A stretch of 64,000 nucleotides of DNA from assembly GCA_002452335.1 (NCBI GenBank), contig DKFJ01000007.1, positions 66,571 through 130,570 of the forward strand, read 5' to 3'. Positions within the stretch are counted from its first letter, which is position 1; each line of letters begins with the position of its first letter. The translations under genes were made by a program, and so were the position numbers. Below, in pieces: positions 59,040 to 64,000 of this stretch. The notes beneath the pieces are model-generated. The model had not been told where the DNA came from, ran no database searches, and saw nothing but the letters and a program-made list of their open reading frames with translations. This DNA is from Deferribacteraceae bacterium UBA6799 (GTDB lineage: Bacteria > Chrysiogenota > Deferribacteres > Deferribacterales > Geovibrionaceae).

Positions 59040-59699
59040 ATGGGTGTCGCCTCTATGACAGCTCACAAAAAGAGCAGGACAGAGCTACGGTCGGAAGCAA
59101 CCAGACAGTCGCTGATGACGGCTGCCAAAGAGGTATTCGCTGAAAGAGGTCTGGATATCACCACTATAGATGACATCACAGCCAGAGCGAACGTTGGCAA
59201 AGGGACATTCTATCTGCATTTCGCTAATAAAAGCGAACTGATACATCTTCTGATAACCGGCTCCATGTCGGAGCTGTGCGCGGCTCTGGACAAGGCATGC
59301 AAGAACCAGAATGATCTGGACTCACTGCTGGACAGTCTCATCAGGGCGCATCTGAAATTTTTTTCCGAACGCAGGAGCGACTTCATCCTGTTTTTTCAGG
59401 GCAGGTCTGATCTGACCATCAAGCACAGCTACGAAGGGATAGATGAACCTATCCTGAGCTATCTGGAACATGTGGCGGAGCTGATAGACAATGTTGTGAA
59501 ATATCATCTGCCCCAGAGCTCGCTCACCAGAATAGCGTGCGCAGTTGCCGGATTTTTGTCCGGATATTTTTCTTTTGCCGTCATATCCAACGATGAGGCA
59601 AATCTGGAAGAGATGCTGAACCCTGTGAGAAAGGCGCTTGTTGCGTCATTATCACGATTTATCAAGGAAGCCGTGCCTGCTGACGCAGGCAGCATATAG
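59040..59699 (+). CDS. TetR-family transcriptional regulator
   Basis: Helix-turn-helix TIDDITARANVGKGTFYLHFANKSELI. RBS gggaga lies upstream. Confidence 0.8.
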   Translation: MGVASMTAHKKSRTELRSEATRQSLMTAAKEVFAERGLDITTIDDITARANVGKGTFYLHFANKSELIHLLITGSMSELCAALDKACKNQNDLDSLLDSLIRAHLKFFSERRSDFILFFQGRSDLTIKHSYEGIDEPILSYLEHVAELIDNVVKYHLPQSSLTRIACAVAGFLSGYFSFAVISNDEANLEEMLNPVRKALVASLSRFIKEAVPADAGSI

Positions 59700-59728
59700 A
59701 GCCGACATATACAACACGAGGTGCAAAG

Positions 59729-60148
59729 ATGACAAACGCATCAGCAGTATCAACACCGTCCAAATGGACACAATTAGTCGAAGAGGCTAAAGAACGCAAA
59801 GTCTGGGGTATTGCGTCCAGCTTTGATATATACAACTGCAATCCGGAAACCATACGAAGCGCTGATGCCATCCGTCAGTTCGTCATCGAGCTCTGTGATC
59901 TCATCGAGATGAAGAGATTCGGAGAAACAGTCGTGGTGCACTTCGGCGAGGATGAAAAAGTAGCCGGCTACTCCATGACTCAGCTCATAGAAACATCTCT
60001 GATATCAGCACACTTCGCTAACCTGACAAACGCCACATATCTGGACGTTTTCAGCTGCAAACCTTATGATCCCGCTGTGGTAGAGGAATTCGCCGTCAGA
60101 TTTTTCGGCGGTACCCACTGCAATACAAACGTTAACCTCAGGCACTGA
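59729..60148 (+). CDS. S-adenosylmethionine decarboxylase-like pyruvoyl proenzyme (AdoMetDC/SpeH family)
   Basis: Collinear with class-1b SpeH (FYECD..E / [29 protein letters not shown] / [26 protein letters not shown]...DP / [11 protein letters not shown]). The processing site reads ETS-L rather than SESH. Confidence 0.6.
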   Translation: [139 protein letters not shown]

Positions 60149-60152
60149 GAAA

Positions 60153-61118
60153 GTGAACAGAATATACGCCGTAACCGAATATGACAAATGTATGGCTCTG
60201 TGGAAAGAGCTCATCCCGGTGGAGGTCGTCACCGACATATGGGAAGTGCGTGACTGCTTCCACAGAACATTCAACAGAGAGCTGTTCTTTGTGGTCTCTG
60301 AAAAAGACGGCGTTATCAATGGTTTTCTGCCGCTCTGCTACATAAGCGAAAGCTCGTCCTTCGGATATTTTCCAGGGGAATCGTGGCACGGCAAGACATG
60401 GCTGGAACAGAACCGGCTGATAGCAGACAGCGAAGAAACGCTGAACGCTATGCTCAGCTATGTCATTTCAGACGGCAGAGGCACTTTTCATCTGCGCTAT
60501 CTCAACGCCATCAGCACCCTGACAATGGAGGAGGACGAGACAGGGTATCTGTTCACTCCTCCGGCATACGGCTTCTGCATGGACGAATACTACAAAACGT
60601 TCAGCGGAAAAACAGCCAAAAAGATAAAGAAGGAGGTCGCCTCCTTCGATGAAAAAAACATAGAGACTGTTATCGACAGGTATGAGGATTTCGAAGTGCT
60701 GGCGGATATGAACGTCTCACGCTTCGGTCACGACTCATACTTCTCCGATGAGCGATTCAGAGGCGGTTTCCGCAATATGATGCTGTGGCTGAAGGAGAAC
60801 GGCATGCTCCGCATGACATCCGTGATGATAGACGGACGACACGCCGCCATAGACATGGGAAGCATCTTCAGAAACACATACACCCTGCTGGCAGGAGGCA
60901 CATCCGCCGACTATCCGGGCGTTGCGAAATATATCAACACTCTGCATATGAGATATTCCTGCGAACAGCGTTTTTCACAGGCAGACTTTCTCTGTGGTAA
61001 CTTTTCGTGGAAAAGCATGTTTCATCTTGAACCCAGACCTCTTTTCAAGGTATCTAATACTGACGAATCCGTTTTTGAGAAAATAGCCGGAACGGTCAGC
61101 GGAGTATGTTTTGCCTGA
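60153..61118 (+). CDS. FemAB/CelD-like (Acetyltransf_6, GNAT-fold) acyl/aminoacyl transferase
   Basis: 321 aa with a GTG start. A GNAT-like core lies in the C-terminal half. The gene overlaps the ATP-grasp start. Confidence 0.45.
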   Translation: MNRIYAVTEYDKCMALWKELIPVEVVTDIWEVRDCFHRTFNRELFFVVSEKDGVINGFLPLCYISESSSFGYFPGESWHGKTWLEQNRLIADSEETLNAMLSYVISDGRGTFHLRYLNAISTLTMEEDETGYLFTPPAYGFCMDEYYKTFSGKTAKKIKKEVASFDEKNIETVIDRYEDFEVLADMNVSRFGHDSYFSDERFRGGFRNMMLWLKENGMLRMTSVMIDGRHAAIDMGSIFRNTYTLLAGGTSADYPGVAKYINTLHMRYSCEQRFSQADFLCGNFSWKSMFHLEPRPLFKVSNTDESVFEKIAGTVSGVCFA

Positions 61119-62361
61119 TAAAAGAGTGGTCGTTGTTGGTTCCACGGCCGATTACAATGAGATAATCCATAAACTGCTCAGAGACAGCGTACTGTTTCTG
61201 ACAGACGTACATGAAAGCCTAAGCTGGGGCGGCTACAAGCCGCCGCTGAAAGACGAGTGCCTTACAGATCTGACAGACACTGCTCTGTCTCTGAGAAATC
61301 TGAAAGAACATCTGAAACTGCACAAGATAAAAATTTCAGGCGTGGCATGTTTCGACTGCGAATCACTGCCGCTGGCGTCCGCAGTGGCGAAAACACTCAG
61401 TCTGCCGTTTCCTTCCGCAGACAGCATAGATCTCTGCCGGTCAAAATCCAGATCACATAAGGCATGGAAGGACAGCGGAGTTCTCTGTCCGAAAACCAGA
61501 ACCGTATCATCTCTAAACGACATATCCGGAGCAGTGGAGGCGACAGGCTTTCCTGCTGTCTTGAAACCTGCCACAGGAAGCGGAAGCGAGCTGGTCTTTC
61601 TGGTGAAAAACCAGGAAGAGGCGCATGAAAAATTCCGTTTTATCGAGGAAAAACTGGCAATGCACCATAACACCAGAATGTACGGCACAACCGACTGCAC
61701 TCTGGAAGAATACATAGACGGTACAGAATACAGCTGTGACTGGATAATGAAAAACGGACAGGCGGAGATCATCCGCTTTTCCAGAAAGATACACGACCAC
61801 TCCCTCTCTTTCGGCACTACATCCGCTTATGTGGTTCCGGGAGAAAGAGACACGGACCTGAGCACCGAAGACGTGAAAAAAACGCTGGTAAAAGGCGCTC
61901 AGGCGCTCGGTTTCTCAGACATGATAGCCATGACCGATATGATGGAGAAAGACGGCAGAATATATCTGCTGGAGATGACACCCAGAATAGGCGGAGACTG
62001 TCTGCCGTGGCTGATAGAGGAATCATCCGGTCTGAATATGTTCCGGCTGGCGATAGACCACGCGGCAGGAAAAAAACTTCGTATTCCGGCGGCAGACCAA
62101 TGGGCTGTGAAATGCGCAGTCAGGATAATCGCCGACAGTGAAGGAATATTCGACCATGTGGAAATGGACGATGACAGCAGGATCACAAGATCACTTATAG
62201 ATAAAAAAACAGGGCATGAGATAATCCTCCCTCCGGAAAACTACGACTCCAGAATACTGGGATTCGTGATATTCACCCCAGACACATCAGAAAAACTGAA
62301 AGATCAGGCGGAGAGCATCAGACGCTCCGTCAGGATTATATACAAGAATGATATACGCTAA
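61111..62361 (+). CDS. ATP-grasp carboxylate-amine ligase
   Basis: GFPAVLKPATGSGSELVFLV...EYIDGTEYSCDWI...LEMTPRIGGD are ATP-grasp motifs. Confidence 0.7.
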   Translation: MPDKRVVVVGSTADYNEIIHKLLRDSVLFLTDVHESLSWGGYKPPLKDECLTDLTDTALSLRNLKEHLKLHKIKISGVACFDCESLPLASAVAKTLSLPFPSADSIDLCRSKSRSHKAWKDSGVLCPKTRTVSSLNDISGAVEATGFPAVLKPATGSGSELVFLVKNQEEAHEKFRFIEEKLAMHHNTRMYGTTDCTLEEYIDGTEYSCDWIMKNGQAEIIRFSRKIHDHSLSFGTTSAYVVPGERDTDLSTEDVKKTLVKGAQALGFSDMIAMTDMMEKDGRIYLLEMTPRIGGDCLPWLIEESSGLNMFRLAIDHAAGKKLRIPAADQWAVKCAVRIIADSEGIFDHVEMDDDSRITRSLIDKKTGHEIILPPENYDSRILGFVIFTPDTSEKLKDQAESIRRSVRIIYKNDIR

Positions 62362-63670
62362 CTATCTGGAATCACTGACAAACATTCTCGGCAAAACCAC
62401 TCCGCCACTTCCGGAGAAACATATAGCGGATGCGGTGGATTATATTCACTCCATATCTGACAAACTTCAGCAGGCGAAGGAGCGTTTCGGATCGCCTCTT
62501 TATGTGATAGACGAACAGGGGCTTCTGACTCACGCAGAGCTTTTTATGTCCGCATTTAAAGAATGTTTCGGGAAGTTTCAGCCTTTCTTTGCCATGAAGA
62601 GCAACAATCACCCCTATATTATTAAAAAACTGTCCGAAAACGGATACGGGATAGATGTGTCCAGCGGAGCGGAGCTTTTGACAGCGCTGAACGCCGGAGC
62701 AGACAAGCTGGTATTCAGCGGTCCGGCAAAAACATCGAAAGAGCTGTCGCTCGCGGTTGAGAACTCTGACAAAGTGACTGTGCTGATTGACAGCCTGAAC
62801 GAGCTGGAAAAGCTGAGCGCTGAGGCGGACAGACAGAACAGAAAGATCAGAGCCGGAGTGCGGATCACAACCCAGAATAACCCCCTCTGGCGCAAATTCG
62901 GCATAGCGCCTGATGCTCTGCCCTCTTTCATGAACAAAGCCGCAGAGAAACGGAATATAGACCTCTGCGGACTACAGTTTCACTCCAGCTGGAACCTGAC
63001 GCCTGACAATCACATCAGACTGATAGAGACCATCGGTCACGCCATATCGACCCTGAGCGCAGAACAGCGGGAGCGCATAAAGTTTCTGGACATGGGAGGC
63101 GGTTACTGGGTGGAAGACGGCGAATGGATGCTGGCGGACACAGCTCAGGAGATCAAGGTTGCCAAACATCTGACGGATATCGACACCGACCCGCTGGATC
63201 ACAGATATCTGCCCGCCACAGATATCAGAACATATGCAAAAGCACTCTCTGATGCTTTTAACAGGCACATACGCCCGCTGACCGACTGCGATGTTTACGC
63301 CGAGCCGGGGCGTTTTGTGGCTCACCACAGCATGCACCTTCTGCTCAGCGTTGAGGATATCAAAGAGCCGGACATAGCAGTCACAGACGGCGCTACAAAC
63401 ATGCTGGGCTGGGAAAGATACGAAATGGACTATTTTCCTGTGGTGAATATCACTGCTCCGTCAAAGACCGAGAGACCCATGATGGTGCTCGGCTCACTCT
63501 GCACCCCTCACGATGTCTGGGGAGCGGCTTATCACGGGCAAAGCATGAGCATCGGCGACATACTGATAATCCCCTATCAGGGGGCATACACCTACAGCCT
63601 CAGGCAGAATTTTATCAAAGATATTCCGGAAAGTATTGTTTTCAGAGGATCTGAACTCTTCAGGGCATAA
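62348..63670 (+). CDS. fold-III PLP-dependent decarboxylase (Orn/DAP/Arg decarboxylase family)
   Basis: PLYVIDEQ...FFAMKSNNHP (PLP-binding Lys), a TIM barrel and the C-terminal beta-domain GSLCTPHDVW. Confidence 0.75.
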   Translation: MIYANYLESLTNILGKTTPPLPEKHIADAVDYIHSISDKLQQAKERFGSPLYVIDEQGLLTHAELFMSAFKECFGKFQPFFAMKSNNHPYIIKKLSENGYGIDVSSGAELLTALNAGADKLVFSGPAKTSKELSLAVENSDKVTVLIDSLNELEKLSAEADRQNRKIRAGVRITTQNNPLWRKFGIAPDALPSFMNKAAEKRNIDLCGLQFHSSWNLTPDNHIRLIETIGHAISTLSAEQRERIKFLDMGGGYWVEDGEWMLADTAQEIKVAKHLTDIDTDPLDHRYLPATDIRTYAKALSDAFNRHIRPLTDCDVYAEPGRFVAHHSMHLLLSVEDIKEPDIAVTDGATNMLGWERYEMDYFPVVNITAPSKTERPMMVLGSLCTPHDVWGAAYHGQSMSIGDILIIPYQGAYTYSLRQNFIKDIPESIVFRGSELFRA

Positions 63671-63705
63671 AAAAACCGCACCCATAGAATGAGTGCGGTA
63701 AAAAA

Positions 63706-63777
63706 TAGGCACGGACGGTTTCGAACCGTCGACCCTTGCCACGTCAAGGCAATGCTCTCCCACTGAGCTACGCGCCT
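63706..63777 (-). tRNA. tRNA-Val (anticodon GAC)
   Basis: The minus-strand cloverleaf is AGGCGCG-TA-GCTC-AGTGGGA-GAGC-A-TTGCC-TTGACGT-GGCAA-GGGTC-GACGG-TTCGAAA-CCGTC-CGTGCCT-A. A terminator hairpin accgcactc...gtgcggt-tttttt lies 3' of it on the minus strand. Confidence 0.8.
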
Positions 63778-63882
63778 TCGGAGTACAGATAATACATATT
63801 CGACTGACCTTTTTCAAGATTTTTTTTCAAACAGCCTAATTTTATATTACAAAATAGTCAAAGCGGTAATATATTAAGCATA

Positions 63883-64000
63883 TGAGCAAAATACGAAACA
63901 ACGCCTTCCGGCGCAACACCGAAAAATATGACGAATGGTTCGAAAGAAATCTCTATGCGTACGAGTCTGAACTCCTGCTGCTGCAAAGCCTTAACATGCA
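63883..64000 (+). CDS. N-terminal fragment of a putative SAM-dependent methyltransferase-like protein (runs off the window edge)
   Basis: MSKIRNNAFRRNTEKYDEWFERNLYAYESELL... Only 39 codons are visible. Confidence 0.3.

Noticed and set aside
63494-63817. 107-aa minus-strand ORF
   Set aside because: It overlaps tRNA-Val and the 3' end of the PLP decarboxylase gene, and has no RBS.

Overview
This 64 kb window is a chromosomal segment from a Gram-negative (diderm) bacterium, roughly 45-48% GC by eye. A triheme c-type cytochrome, many chemotaxis and c-di-GMP signalling genes and metal-uptake systems are consistent with an anaerobic, metal-respiring lifestyle. I could not assign a taxon from the sequence. 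Both strands are densely coded.

Housekeeping blocks:
- mutL' (partial), accA, a DsbA-like oxidoreductase, ileS, lspA, purH, purD, purE and tsaC.
- cysS.
- rnpB (RNase P RNA).
- tRNA-Pro(GGG) and tRNA-Val(GAC).
- pstSCAB.

Accessory and signalling content:
- Two methyl-accepting chemotaxis proteins. The first has an apparent +1 frameshift 30 codons before its true C-terminus.
- An orphan sensor kinase, an HD-GYP phosphodiesterase, one canonical and one degenerate GGDEF protein, and tandem GntR paralogs.
- A TetR-controlled RND-type multidrug efflux operon (membrane fusion protein, RND pump, TolC).
- A Family-1 encapsulin shell gene preceded by an encapsulated-ferritin cargo carrying a C-terminal DLGIGSLK targeting peptide.
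- A Fur-box-controlled siderophore-uptake locus with pyochelin/yersiniabactin-like architecture but no biosynthetic genes: AraC regulator, TonB-dependent receptor, ExbB-ExbD-TonB, two fused ABC permease-ATPases and two MFS transporters. An MMPL / LolA-like / DUF1302-like triad is inserted within it.
- A 517-aa secreted-type protein built from about 16 tandem 60-bp (20-aa) repeats that end in canonical RTX GGxGxDxUx calcium-binding nonapeptides, with no type I secretion system nearby.
- A compact TetR-gated four-gene cluster next to tRNA-Val: AdoMetDC-like proenzyme, FemAB/CelD-like acyltransferase, ATP-grasp ligase and fold-III PLP decarboxylase. This looks like an uncharacterised amine or polyamine-conjugate pathway and is my best candidate for a previously undescribed system.

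No CRISPR array, integrase, transposase or phage genes were seen.
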